Shown: positions 1 through 11,900 of the stretch, piece after piece | Position numbering within the stretch: the stretch's first letter is position 1 | How the letters are laid out: the number at the start of each line of letters is the position of its first letter | From: Paraspadella gotoi | Taxonomy: Eukaryota > Animalia > Chaetognatha | Length of the DNA stretch: 62,010 bases | NCBI GenBank assembly: GCA_051294375.1 | Contig: CM119270.1 | Span: 14,231,672-14,293,681, forward strand | Direction of reading: 5' to 3' | Position numbers and translations under genes: made by a program | Notes under the pieces: generated by a model | Seen by the model: the letters and a program-made list of their open reading frames with translations, nothing else | What the model was told of the DNA's origin: nothing | The model's database searches: none

Positions 1-189
1 AACTTGATCGGAGCTTCGATTCAAAGATGCGCATCTCTAGTTTAATAAGCGTTGGTTTCAAACCAATCCCCAAACTCTATCGTCTATTTACCAAGTAGCC
101 ATCACTTATCCACCCCACCCTCAACAGCCTCTACGTCCATCGTCGCCCGGTCGTCAAGGCACCTCTTCCCATCATATTGAGCGACGCGG

Positions 190-2220
190 CTCTCCTAGAC
201 GACGTTTGCGCCCTCGGGCGGCCGACAAAGAACGCCGCCGCCGCCGACTACAACGACAACGACGATCCCCGATTCAGAACGAGGCCTCGTCTTCGCCACA
301 AGATGTTCCCACTCCACGCGGACGATGTCGCCGGGAGATTCGCCTGCTTCTTCTGGTATCAAGTCTTCGGCGAGAGATTCGTCTTTAGACTCAGGATGGT
401 GGTGGAGGTCGTCGCGGTGGAAGGGGGACTGTCTTGCGGCGCTGCGGCGTCGGCGGCGTCCTCCAAATTCTTCTGCTTCGCGCGGACGACGAGAATCGGT
501 TTCTCCAACTTTTCAGCGTCGCCTTTCGTTCGATCGTTGGAGTGGAGAGTGACGTCGTCGTCGTCGTCGTCATCGTCATCGTCGTCGTCATTGTCATCTG
601 CTCCTTCTCTGTCATCGTCGTCGTTGTCATCGTCGTCGTCGTCCGTCGTCGTCGTCGGCGGCGACGTTTACTTCGGGTCGACGTTGAAAATCCCGAGATC
701 CGAAAAGACGAGGATCGTGGAATGCGGAGTCGGAAAGAGAGTATTTGTTAAAGGTACGTAAACAATTAATAATTTATTAAAGAAAATAATAATAGAGAAT
801 CAAATCGCAATCGATTCACTTATTAATCATGCATAGACTCGATTAAATATTAAATCAATTTATTCTTTCTGTCTTCCTTCTTTCCTTCATCTATCCTTCC
901 TTCCTTCCTTTCTCTTTTTCTTTACTTTTTTCTTTTCTTTTTTCCTCCCTTCCTTCTTTTCTTTTTTCTTTTCTTCCTTCCTTCCTTCCTTCCTTCCTTC
1001 CTCCCTTCCTTTCCTATCCACACTCCACAGGCCCACCCATCCCGAACTGCCAATGGCGATCGCCGTCTTCGTCGTCGTCGTTCGCCCTCGTCGGTTCCAT
1101 CGAAGCTTCGGATTTCGTCGACGTCGTCGCCATCGTCTCCGTCGGGGTCGTCATTTGGCCACCACTTTCGTTTTTGGGAGAATTAATATTGCTGGGAAAA
1201 TTACATTTTTTAAATAAAATTAATAATTTTTTTTTTTAGGTTTAAATCTCCATCGTCCAAGCGTCTTCAATTTCCTCGTGCGTCTCTTGTCGTCGTCGTC
1301 GTCGTCGCCGTCGTTGGCATTTTCGTCGATCGATTCGTCGCTGATCAGATCGTCGTCGTTGTCGTCGTCGTCTTTTCCCAAGGAAACACTCCGATCCAAG
1401 GACAAAAGATACTCTCTCAACGAACGAGTTTTTCACGAGGTTTTCGGAGAGAAATTAAATTAAAATTGAATACGATTTAACGCAAAAGTTTAATTTTGAA
1501 TATAATTTTCGTGTAATAAACATTAAACAGTCCCCGTCGAGAAGTCGGAAGTCTCGTATGCTCTTTTGAATGAATTTTATCGGCCTCAAAACTTTTACCA
1601 CAGGTCCCGTCGCTTAGCGAGCTTTTGGAAAAGCTCCATTGAAAACAAAAGAACACATTTTTTGTCGGAAAATTATAAATATTTTTTATTGAGATTAATA
1701 TGTAATTAACAACATTTGAGCCTCATAATTATTTTAAAGTAGACGTCAAAATTAAAATAAAATTGAATACTTTATTTCAATGCTTCTAAGATTTTTGGGA
1801 TCCATACCAAACCCACTCAACATCTGCGATAAGACTTTTTTTGTTTTTATCAAAACAAAAGGCCAAAAGCGAATGGAATCGAACTAAATCCGGGTCCATC
1901 CCCACTTCTCCGTATCCGCATTGAACTCGACGGTTGCATCCTGCTGCTAGGCTCGTCATCATCCTGTTTACCTTGGATTCCTCGTCAATCGGAAATCTAA
2001 ATCTGTTCTTCCGCGTATCTTTTCGATCTTTCTCTTCTATCGCCTCTTTCTTTTCTTTCTCCTTTTCTCCTTCTTTTAAATACTTTTGTCTCCTTCTTCG
2101 TCTCCTTCTCCGTCTTTTTCTTTAACTTCTTCTCGACTTTTCTTCGAGTTCTTTTAATTTTTTTTTTTCGTCGTTCATTGTCAAAATCGTCGTCAATATT
2201 CAAGCTCACGTTTCCATCGA
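190..2220 (-). other. Possible degraded or mis-assembled multi-exon gene of unknown function (acidic/basic low-complexity coding-like blocks)
   Basis: GC-rich blocks (about 190-760, 1035-1190, 1230-1450, 1880-2220) alternate with AT-rich spacers. They translate on - into Asp-rich and Lys/Arg-rich peptides (e.g. DDDDVTLHSNDRTKGDAEKLEKPILVVRAKQKNLE; DDVDEIRSFDGTDEGERRRRRRRSP). Several frameshifts are needed, splice sites are unclear and no domain is recognised. Confidence 0.3.
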
Positions 2221-3441
2221 TTTTGAATAAAAAAAAAATTCGATGGATTTATAACAAACAAAACAAAACACTTTTTTTTCGTTCTAAATCTATAATTTGT
2301 TTTAGGCTAAAACTTAAATAAGAGAAAAAACCCGCTGAAAATTGATAGTTTCATACTTTATATCACATTAAACTATCAAGCAAGAAAACTACTCGCAAAC
2401 GTAATCCTAAATATTTTTTTCCCAAAATTGCTGCATTTGCAAAACTCCGGTCGTTCAACTTCAACTGGATCTTTTATATAAAACCGAACCATCTTTTTTC
2501 TCCTTTAATTTTTCGTAGTATCATGGCAGGTTTGACCCTTCATTGGTGGCTCTCTGAACTTTGGGAACTTTCAAGACGTCGAATATTAAATGAATGACGG
2601 CAAAGCAGAAATGACAAAGTATCCAGAATATTTCATATTAACTTCGACGTCTCAAATTCGTTATTTTTTTTTAAATTTAAATTTTTAAGTTTTACCAGTT
2701 TTTAAATATTAAATTACTTTTTTGGAATCTCCTTTTTTAGACTTAATTAACTCAGAGATAAATAATATTCAGAACTATGTCTACAGATTATCTCACAAAA
2801 GCTAATTTCTAGAAAAAAGAAGAACAGGCTACATTTCCTTGTTGTCTCGATTAAAGTAAAAATTGTAAAAAGGAAAAAAAAAAAATAAACAACAAATTTA
2901 AATATGCTCAAAAATGGTTTTATGTTACTTGGGCTTTCCACGCGAGATGTGTTGGACGTAAACTCTCGTTGTAATTCTTTTGCAAAATCACCTAGAAATC
3001 TTCCTAAACTACCGATTAGGATTATTACCACCGACGCAGACAATATTTCTTCGGTGGTTCGGAAGCTCCGAGGGATCATCGAGTTATGATTGATTTATTT
3101 TCAACAATAAGTGAACAACAATTGCAAAATTACTTGTTTTGTTATATTTTAATATTTAGTTTAGTATTGTCTCAAATTAAAATTGTTTTTTCTATTTTTG
3201 GGAGGAGGATGTTAGTGTTGTCTTCAGGCGATAGAGGGAGAATCTATATAACACTTCGTTAAAATACTTTCTTTCAGAGATTTCTGAATGCACATACTAT
3301 CACACATCATTTCTGTTAAAAATTCTTTAATTATTTTCTTTTATTAATATTTAAAAGAATAAACAGAAAGGGTGATAAAAGAAAAGTTTATTTTTCTAAT
3401 TTCCAGATATAAGAAAGAAAGAAAGAAAGAGAGAGACAGAC

Positions 3442-3472
<31 letters not shown>

Positions 3473-3639
3473 GGAGGGAGAGAGACAGAGACAGAGGAGA
3501 GACAGAGTAAGATTTCATGATTGTTTCCAACTTTACTTTTCCATTTTCTTCCGACGTCTTGGAATCTTGGGAGGTAATGACATCCAATCTTTGATTCCTC
3601 CACGCAATACCAAGGGAGGGCAGAAGAGAGGATAGGAGT

Positions 3640-3702
<63 letters not shown>

Positions 3703-4659
3703 CTCTTATATTGTTTTTACATTCATATACATATTTTTTATTTAATTCGTTTCTCATCTTTGTCATTTTGTTTGGAGACCGAATTCATTTTTTTCCCTCT
3801 CTTCTGTCGCCGCCAGGGGCAGAGTCAGGAGAAACGACATTTTCTTAAGACGAAGAAAAAGTTGGAAGAAATATGAGATGGAATGGGTGGCGGGAGAAGG
3901 GGGGATTGGGGGGGAGAGATCTAGAGATGTCTTTTCTTCTCCCTTGGTTCCACAATAACGACCTTCGGGGAACCATTTTTTGGGCCAAGTCTAAGGTCTT
4001 CTTCAAATCGAGAAAATTGAAGGCTATGGAATCATTTTTTTTCAGTATTTATAATACATTATATATATTATATATATGTATATATTATATGGTTTGTTTT
4101 TTCCAATTCAAACAAAATTAAATGTCGAAAATGGAGGGAAAAATAATCAATGTCTATTTGAAAGAGGAAACATTTGTGTTGGTTCTCGGCTTTTACCAAT
4201 ATTTTTTGCCTCGTGTCAACGTTATATGTTTGTTTTAATGTATTTAAACAAGGTGTATCGGAATAAGTGTTTTTTCTCGCTCTCTGTGCCGTCGACTTTT
4301 TCGCTCCATCTTCACTTCCGTTCTTCATTGTTCCCGCTATTACTTTAGGCTCGTACCATTAAATTCTTTTTTTCTAATCTCTTTCCTATTATAATCAAAA
4401 TTAGTACAATTTAATCATAGATCTGTTTTCGCTCTCAACAGCCATTTAAAAAAAAACAACAATAAGCCAAGCTTAAAATTCCAGAAAAATGTTGAACTCA
4501 AGAAATCTCACAGAAAAAGGAAAAATAAATCTTCACCGAGTTTAAATCGTCCTCACCCGAAACAGATTCCAAGCAAAATCAAAACAAAACTAAACAAACG
4601 AAAAACAAAATTTCAAGACTTTGCCCGAAACAAAACTCGGCCTTGGACTCTGTCACACC

Positions 4660-4690
4660 GCGACCCGGGCAACCGTGACACTTGACGTCA
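4660..4690 (+). promoter_or_regulatory. Candidate MOK promoter elements: X-box-like RFX site (gcgacccgggcaac) and palindromic CRE (tgacgtca)
   Basis: Motifs read directly about 310-340 bp upstream of the MOK ATG. The X-box has one perfect half-site (GGCAAC). MOK is a ciliary kinase and RFX regulation is typical of ciliary genes; function here is inferred. Confidence 0.4.
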
Positions 4691-4999
4691 CCGATCGATG
4701 ATTCACGATTTTAAGTGAAAAAAAAAAAAGAAAAGAGGAACAAAAATCGTAAAAAAATCTTATCGAGTCGATACTCGATACTCTTTTCCGTCACCGACTC
4801 GTCTCACCGCCTCTCACAAATCCACCTTTCTCGACTTCACGCCCGTGAATTCACCCGAAACCAAAAATCTAATTGCGAAATTCCGCCCCGAAACATGGAA
4901 CCGTCGTCGACCCATTGTTTCCATCCGCGATAACGACAACGACAACAACGACCGCTGGAAAGGATCGTCGAGTATCGCTAAACAAAGGCGGCGTCGGCG

Positions 5000-5206
5000 A
5001 TGGAGGGAACATCGAAGACGCAAAGAGACAAGAACAAGATTTACGGCAAGAAGGGAGTCTACTCCATCCTGGGCAAGATCGGCGAGGGGACCTTCTCCGA
5101 GGTCCTCAAAGTGCAGAACGATCGAGACGCGAGCCTCTGGGCTTGCAAGCGGATGAAACAGCGGTTCGACAAGGTGGAGGACATTCAGAGGATCCGGGAG
5201 ATTCAG
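5000..5206 (+). CDS. MOK: MOK exon 1 (ATG, Gly-rich loop, catalytic Lys)
   Basis: MEGTSK...YSILGKIGEGTFSEVLKV...ACKRMKQRF...REIQ, then donor gtcagg at 5207 (phase 0). Confidence 0.88.
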
Positions 5207-5308
5207 GTCAGGTCGGAGGAGGTTCTCGTGGTTGTTGTTGTTGTGGTTGTTGTGGTTGTTGTCGCCGTCGTTGTTGTTATCATCGCCGAGGATAAATCGT
5301 TTCGGTTA

Positions 5309-5349
<41 letters not shown>

Positions 5350-5816
5350 TTATTTCCAATTTCTTAAAACAGTCTACCTATAAAAATCCCCCGAAACATT
5401 ATTAAGGAACTTTTTAGAATATTAGGGTATTCTGGGAGTGAATAAACGAGACTGTGAGAGAGTCTTGATTGAAAGCTTGCATGGACCTGCTATGTCATTA
5501 TCTTGTAAGAGTGATGGAGGCCTTAAACCACCAAAGCCTGTCCAAAGTCAGGGGCAAGATAGCTTATTTATTAAATGAATGGATAATTTTTATATTGGTT
5601 GTACCAATTTCATTAATAAAAACATCACGGAGGAATCGAAGTCGGAAAACCGGAATCGGATCAACAATAAAAATAAATCATCTTATTCTTAGAGAAAACA
5701 ATTTTAATTTTAACGCCGTGTTTGCCATTGCTTCGCAGCTCTATTATTCCTTCAAGAATTTCCCAAATAACTGACCCTCCATCCGACCTCTTCACTTATT
5801 CACTCACCCTCGACAG

Positions 5817-6002
5817 GCGATTCGCCGTCTCCGCAAACACCCGAACGTCATCCAGTTGGCGGAGATCATCTTCGACAAAGGCAGTCGCACCCTCTTTCTT
5901 CTCTGCGAGTTGATGGACATGAACGTTTACGAACTCATCAAGGATCGAACTCATTACCTCAACGACGACAAAGTCAAGCACTACATGTACCAACTCTTGC
6001 AG
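5817..6002 (+). CDS. MOK: MOK exon 2
   Basis: cag|AIRRLRKHPNVIQLAEIIFDKGSRTLFLLCELMDMNVYELIKDRTHYLNDDKVKHYMYQLLQ|gtcggt; 186 nt, phase 0-0. Confidence 0.92.
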
Positions 6003-6111
6003 GTCGGTTCATGAGCTGGCGGTAGGTGAGAGGCTGGTCGACTCTTTCAACTCGGTTAGTTTTTGGGAGTCGACTCCTTTTGGACATCGCAGAATCGCGT
6101 ATGTTGATCCG

Positions 6112-6146
<35 letters not shown>

Positions 6147-6389
6147 TTGATTTCGGATCCACATTATGCAATGTGGCGGTATAATAAATTAATCACAACG
6201 CTGCAAACCCTTGCGTTTTACCTTCGCATCCAAAATTCAAACGGGAACGCGTGCATGGGATGATTCTTTTACAACTGTCACCATTGTGCAATAATCATCC
6301 AAAGCGTGAAACCTCGAATTGTGAATTTATTTTCGTTGAAACTCTACCGTTTCAATTATTCCAATCAAATTGCCCTTTCTTTCTGTCAG

Positions 6390-6544
6390 GCCATCTACCA
6401 CATGCACAAGAACGGGATCTTTCATCGCGACATCAAACCCGAGAACATCCTCATCCGAGGAGATCTTCTCAAAGTCGCCGACTTCGGTTCTTGCAGATCA
6501 ATCAGCTCAAAGCAACCGCTCACGGAATACATTTCCACCAGATG
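6390..6544 (+). CDS. MOK: MOK exon 3 (HRD, DFG, TEY activation loop)
   Basis: cag|[52 protein letters not shown]|gtaact; phase 0-2. Confidence 0.95.
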
Positions 6545-6578
6545 GTAACTGTGAAAAGGAATTTAAATTCAATATGTG

Positions 6579-7284
6579 CCAAGATGACAATGAAATGACC
6601 CTGCCGTTACTTACCAAGATGACAATAAAATGACCCTACCGTTACTTACCAAGATGACAATAAAATGACCCTACCGTTACTTACCAAGATGACCATGAAA
6701 TGACCCTACCGTTACTTACCAAGATGATAATGAAATGACCCTCCCGTTACTTACCAAGATGACGATGAAATGACCCTACTGTTATTACCAAGATGACAAT
6801 TAAATGACCCTACGTTATTTACAAAGATGACAATGAAAGTACCCTACCGTTACTTACCAAGATGACGATGAAATGACCCTACTGTTACTCTACCAAGATG
6901 ACAATTAAATGACCCTACGTTATTTACCAAGATGACAATGAAATGACCTACGTTTACTTACCAAGATGACAGATGAAATGACCCTACTGTTATTTACCAA
7001 GATGACAATTTAAGTGACCCTACCGTTATTTACCAAGATGACAATGAAATGACCCTACAGTTACTTACCAAGATGACAATTAAATGACCCTACAGTTACT
7101 TACCAAGATGACAATGAAATGACCCTAACGTTACTTACCAAGATGACAATGAAATGATCCAACCGTTACTTACCAAGATGACGATGAACTGACCCTACTG
7201 TTACTTACCAAGATGACAATGAAATGACCCTACCGTAACTTACCAAGATGACAATGAAATGACCCTACCGTTACTTACCTCAAG
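6579..7284 (+). repeat. 35-bp minisatellite, about 20 tandem copies, filling MOK intron 3
   Basis: Unit ccaagatgacaatgaaatgaccctaccgttactta repeats head-to-tail (first two units start at 6579 and 6614) with small substitutions and indels and no spacers. Confidence 0.95.
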
Positions 7285-7417
7285 GTACCGGGCTCCAGAA
7301 TGTCTTCTCACCGACGGGTACTACACTTACAAGATGGACGTTTGGAGCGCGGGCTGCGTTTATTACGAAATCCTCACGTTGCGACCTTTGTTTCCGGGCA
7401 GCAATGAGCTAGACCAG
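7285..7417 (+). CDS. MOK: MOK exon 4 (YRAPE, DVWSAG)
   Basis: aag|(W)YRAPECLLTDGYYTYKMDVWSAGCVYYEILTLRPLFPGSNELDQ|gtgagg; phase 2-0. Confidence 0.95.
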
Positions 7418-7464
7418 GTGAGGGAGAGAGAGAGAGAGAGAAAGAGAGCGAGAGAGAGAGAGAG

Positions 7465-7514
<50 letters not shown>

Positions 7515-7618
7515 TTTGAAGCATGGAAGAAGGAAAAGAACAAAAAAAAAGCAGAAAGTAGAATGTAGCTTAACTGAATGAATGAATGAATCCTTACTTT
7601 CCCCCCCCCCCACCCAAG

Positions 7619-7856
7619 ATCGCCAAGATCCACGACGTGATGGGCACCCCCGACCCTTCCGTCATCTCCAAGCTCAAGGCAAGATAGCCAACCTCGACTT
7701 CAACTTCCCCAAAGTCTCAGGGAAAGGAATCGTCCGACATCTGAGTCACGTGAGCCGAGAGACGGTGGATCTCATCGAGAGAATGTGCGCCTACGATCCC
7801 GAGGTCAGGCTGACCTCCAAACAGGCGTTGGAGCACCACCACTTCGACGACTACCG
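7619..7856 (+). CDS. MOK: MOK exon 5 (kinase C-lobe; apparent 1-nt deletion near 7678)
   Basis: aag|IAKIHDVMGTPDPSVISKLK then shifts frame to GKIANLDFNFPKVSGKGI...MCAYDPEVRLTSKQALEHHHFDDYR|gttggt. The exon is 1 nt short of the required phase. Confidence 0.85.
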
Positions 7857-8124
7857 GTTGGTTGAAAGAGTGGGTGGGGGTAACGAAAGTGATCAAAAAT
7901 GTGAAAATTATCAAGAAGATATGAAAATTTGTTGGCCCTCATGTCTCCTCTCTTTAATGCTTTATGTTTTGGGTACACAAAAGATAAAGGGTTACAAAGA
8001 AAAGAATAAAAGAATAAAAAGAATAAAAAGAATTAAAAGAACAAAAAAAAAATAAAAGAATTTATAACATAATTATATTAATCTTCATTTTATACCGGAC
8101 ATTATCCGTTTTTCTCCTCAACAG

Positions 8125-8902
8125 TAAAAAGCTAACCTCAGATCGAGGCGGCGCCAACGTCGGAGATAAAAAGCAACGCCGGAGCGCCCGCACCGCCTCC
8201 CCTCCGGCGGGAAAGGACGCCGCCTCCAAATCGAACAATAGCAACAACGCCGGCGTCGCCGCGGCGCCGACTGCCGACCCCAAGCCCGGCGCCGCCGACG
8301 TCGTTTACCTAAAGCGGCAAAAGAAGAAGCGTCGAGCGCCGGTTGGTGGCGCCGCGGGAAAGGCGCCGCCCATCGAGGACGCCGGTGGCGGCGACGCCGG
8401 CGGCGGAGTCGGCGCTCAGTCTGGGTTTTTGATTCTGCCCAAAATGACTTCTCATCACGGATTCGTGGACCACGCCCATCAAAAACCCCCTAACCACCAC
8501 CACCCACCCAACGGACTCACCGTCTTTCACCCCTCGGCCGCCGCCGCCGCCGCAGCCGCCAAATCAGCTCATCACAACCATCACTCCCGCCATCACGTCA
8601 ACGGCTCTCACTTGCCGCCGCCTCAGGCGTCCGGATCCGCAGCCGCAGCCGCAGCTGCCGGCGCGGGCGGAGGCGCCAAGGGACTCATCACTCTGCCAGA
8701 GATATCGCGTCACCCTCATCATCACCATCATCATCATAATCCCCATCATCATCATCATCATCATCATTCTGGGAAAAACTTGGCGGGAACGACGACGACG
8801 ACGACGACGGCGACGGCGTTGGCGGCGACGAACGCCGGTGGCGCCGGAGACGGAAAGCACGAGGTCGGCGCTTATCAGTTGCCCTCCATAAACAGGCAAT
8901 GA
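8125..8902 (+). CDS. MOK: MOK exon 6 (low-complexity Ala/Gly/His-rich C-terminal tail, stop TGA)
   Basis: cag acceptor at 8124, phase 2, open frame continuous with ORF 8429-8902 ending AYQLPSINRQ*. Confidence 0.8.
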
Positions 8903-11900
8903 CGTCTCGAGAGAGAGAGACCGGAAGTGGGCGTGGCGGATGAAGGGGTCGGAGCTGATACGGCGTGATCCTGGTTGTTAAAGAGTTGAAAGTCAAGTCT
9001 AAACTCTTTCTCTCCATTCATTTGGCCGGTTTAACTTTTTGAACAACGTTTTCTCATAATGTTAACGATATGAATTGGAGACGTAAGTTTAAATCCGCTT
9101 TAAAGCTTAATGAGATCCGTTTCTATCCGAACGATAATTTTGGCCTTCGGAATACAGTGTGTTCTTATCGTTGACATTCGGAAAATATTTCGAAAATGTT
9201 TTAAAAGATGTGAAATTGTTTAAACTGATTTTTTTATGCTTCATTTAAAAACCGTATCATTTCTAGCATTGGTTTTATATAAAAGCTTAGAACAAACAGG
9301 CGTAGTAATTGAAAAAATAATTATTAAAAAATGTTTTTTTCTCGTTTTTTTTTCACTCATTTTATTTTTCGTGTTGTTAACTTCTCCAGCCCTCGCGAGT
9401 GAGCTGACCGACTGTTAAATTCTTAAACCATTTCGTTTAGTTTGAAATTATTTGACGTGGTTTTACGGGTGAAGCCTGCATTGCCAAACTAAAATGAAAC
9501 TTGGAAGTAAAAACTAATTCCATTTTATAAAATTATCTAATTATTGAACAAAAAATTTACCTGAAATTCTAATTAACAATTACGGCGAGTCTTTCGGAAA
9601 CGTCCTTCTGTCTTTAGAGGGTACAAACAGTGTCCTTTCTCAACCTTCTTCTTTCTCTTCCTCTCCATTCTTATTCGTTCTTCTTCTTAATTTTCTTACC
9701 CACTAACTTTTCTTTCTTCTTTGGTGTCCCTTTAACTTCTCTCCTTCTCATTCTCCTTCTCATTCTCCTTCTCTCTATCTCATTCTCCTTCTCTCCTCAT
9801 TCTCCTTTTCCGGTCGTCGTTGGATCGAGACTTCCCACCCTTAATGGGTCATGACCCCAAAGCTCCATAAATTTGCTGGTCAAATTTACTTACGAAATTG
9901 CCTTAATATTCCATTCCCTTAAAATTCTACCCTTTTCGTCAATCGCAAAACGGAACACCTTTATTCTATAGTGTTGAAAACCTTCCCTTATTGTCGTATT
10001 ATATTATCAATTTATGCTTTTTCTTAAAAGTTATTAATGGGTAAAGCTTAAAGGAAAGATGTTATTTATTTTTTTGTAATAACCAAAGCATTTAACCAAA
10101 TATTTTGAACAAAACTTTGGGAAACGTCCCCGGAATCAATTCCAAACAAACATGGCACTTAGAAAGCAGGAATTTTAACGAACAGGAAAAATATGAGCCG
10201 GTTGACTTTTCGCCGATTTTATACGCGACTTTTGATTTCCAGAATTGAGACTTTTTTTAAATTTAATAACCTTGTTTGTTTACGTAAGTTAACCGACATT
10301 ATAATTACTAAAGAGAATACAACTTCCCGATTTACTCAATGAATTAAATTTAATTAATTCAGGGACGTCGTCGAAAATTTATTGACAAATTTTTGGGTTA
10401 TTCGGGTTCTCGCACAATGACTAGAATTGTAGCGAGAAAAGTACAAGATTAAAGATTTAGGCTGGTATATGACATTAAACTAACATTAAACCAATTTTTA
10501 TTATAAATTCCCATATAAAAATCTTTCTTTTATGATTATTAACAATTAACAACTGGACTTAAACGTCTACTCATGCTTTATCCGTACTCAATGTAGACGA
10601 GTTTTCATTTTCACCGTGTTTAAATCATGTTTTTTGCCTTCCTCGATTTCATGATAAATGCAAAACAAAAGAAATGATTGCTCTTTGTTTTTATTCATCA
10701 TCCTTTTCAAAGAAATTGCGAGCTCAAAATTTGAGTCAAATGAATTGAAATAAGTTAGATTAGAAGTTAATTGTAACTAAAATAACAGATTTCTTCAGGG
10801 CTTAGTAAAGGACGGATCGATTAGAACTTGAGGAGTGTATCACTGAGCTCGATGAAAATTAATCCCTCTCGAACTTTAATACCATAAAAAAATTATGTCT
10901 CGATCGAAAATCTCCCGAAAACCCATTAATTTAAATTCGATAATATAATAGGCGAAACTGTTATGAATTGTATTTCGTCTGTTTTGGTCAAGGATGTGAC
11001 GTCATCTGAATCGAGGTCATTCCTCGCGATAAAAAAGCAGGAAGTCTGGAAGAAAGATCGAGGACATAATTCATTCGAAACTGACTTTTGGTGCCACGTC
11101 TCTCATCGATCATGATCCTCATGAATTGAGAAAATATATCATGGAATTCATTCGTGCTTCGTAATTAAATTAAGGGTAGCGTTAATGATATAAAAAAAAA
11201 GAGACAAAATACGTATCTTCCCCTATTTTTTCTTATTCATAAAAAAAATAGTGATGTACCGATTGCTATGATCTTTTGAGACTAAGACAAAAAGGGAAAG
11301 AGTTTAATCAACGATGTCTGAAACATCTGCGATAAGAGAAAACATCTCAAATAGTGCGAAATATCTCAAAATTAAACTAAACACTAAAATGCACTTGAGC
11401 AACAAATCAAAGATTGCTTTGTATAAAAAAAAAAATTAAACTAAACATCAACAGATAACAAATTGAAGAGAGATAAAAAGATATAGATAGTAACAATGTT
11501 AACTCGAAAGGAACTAAGAAAAAACGAATAGGGGATGACGTATCTTATATTTAAAACTTAAAAGATTTCCAATGAGGGAAGTAAGATCTCAGAGTTCCGT
11601 ACTTCTCTCATTTTCGATGAACCTGCTCTCGTGTTGAATTTGCCCGTGGTATTTTTAGAAAATACTTCTGGCATCCTTGTCCCTATCATTTTATTGATAA
11701 ATTTAAAAACAAATTAATAATTACATTCAATATTTATATGAAATGTAATTAAGATTTCCAAATTTTTAAAACTAGTAATATTATAATTTTTATTCACAAA
11801 TTTTATCATTTGCTAATCTTTTGTTTTTTTTTCTTCTTGCATGACGCTGACATCTTCCTACAAATTTTTAAAATTAACCGAAAATCAATAGTGAAAAACT

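Larger units (their letters stand above)
5000..8902 (+). other. MOK: MOK serine/threonine kinase gene span (6 coding exons)
   Basis: Spliced product has [31 protein letters not shown] and [33 protein letters not shown], which are diagnostic of MOK/RAGE-1 within the RCK/CMGC kinases. All introns are GT-AG and phases match, apart from one 1-nt frameshift. Confidence 0.92.

Noticed and set aside
177-761. 194-aa plus-strand ORF
   Set aside because: Poly-Ser/Val translation of (TCG)n repeats with no domain; the opposite strand looks more coding-like
6579-7284. CRISPR array
   Set aside because: The 35-bp units are contiguous with no unique spacers, lie inside a spliceosomal intron, and there are no cas genes
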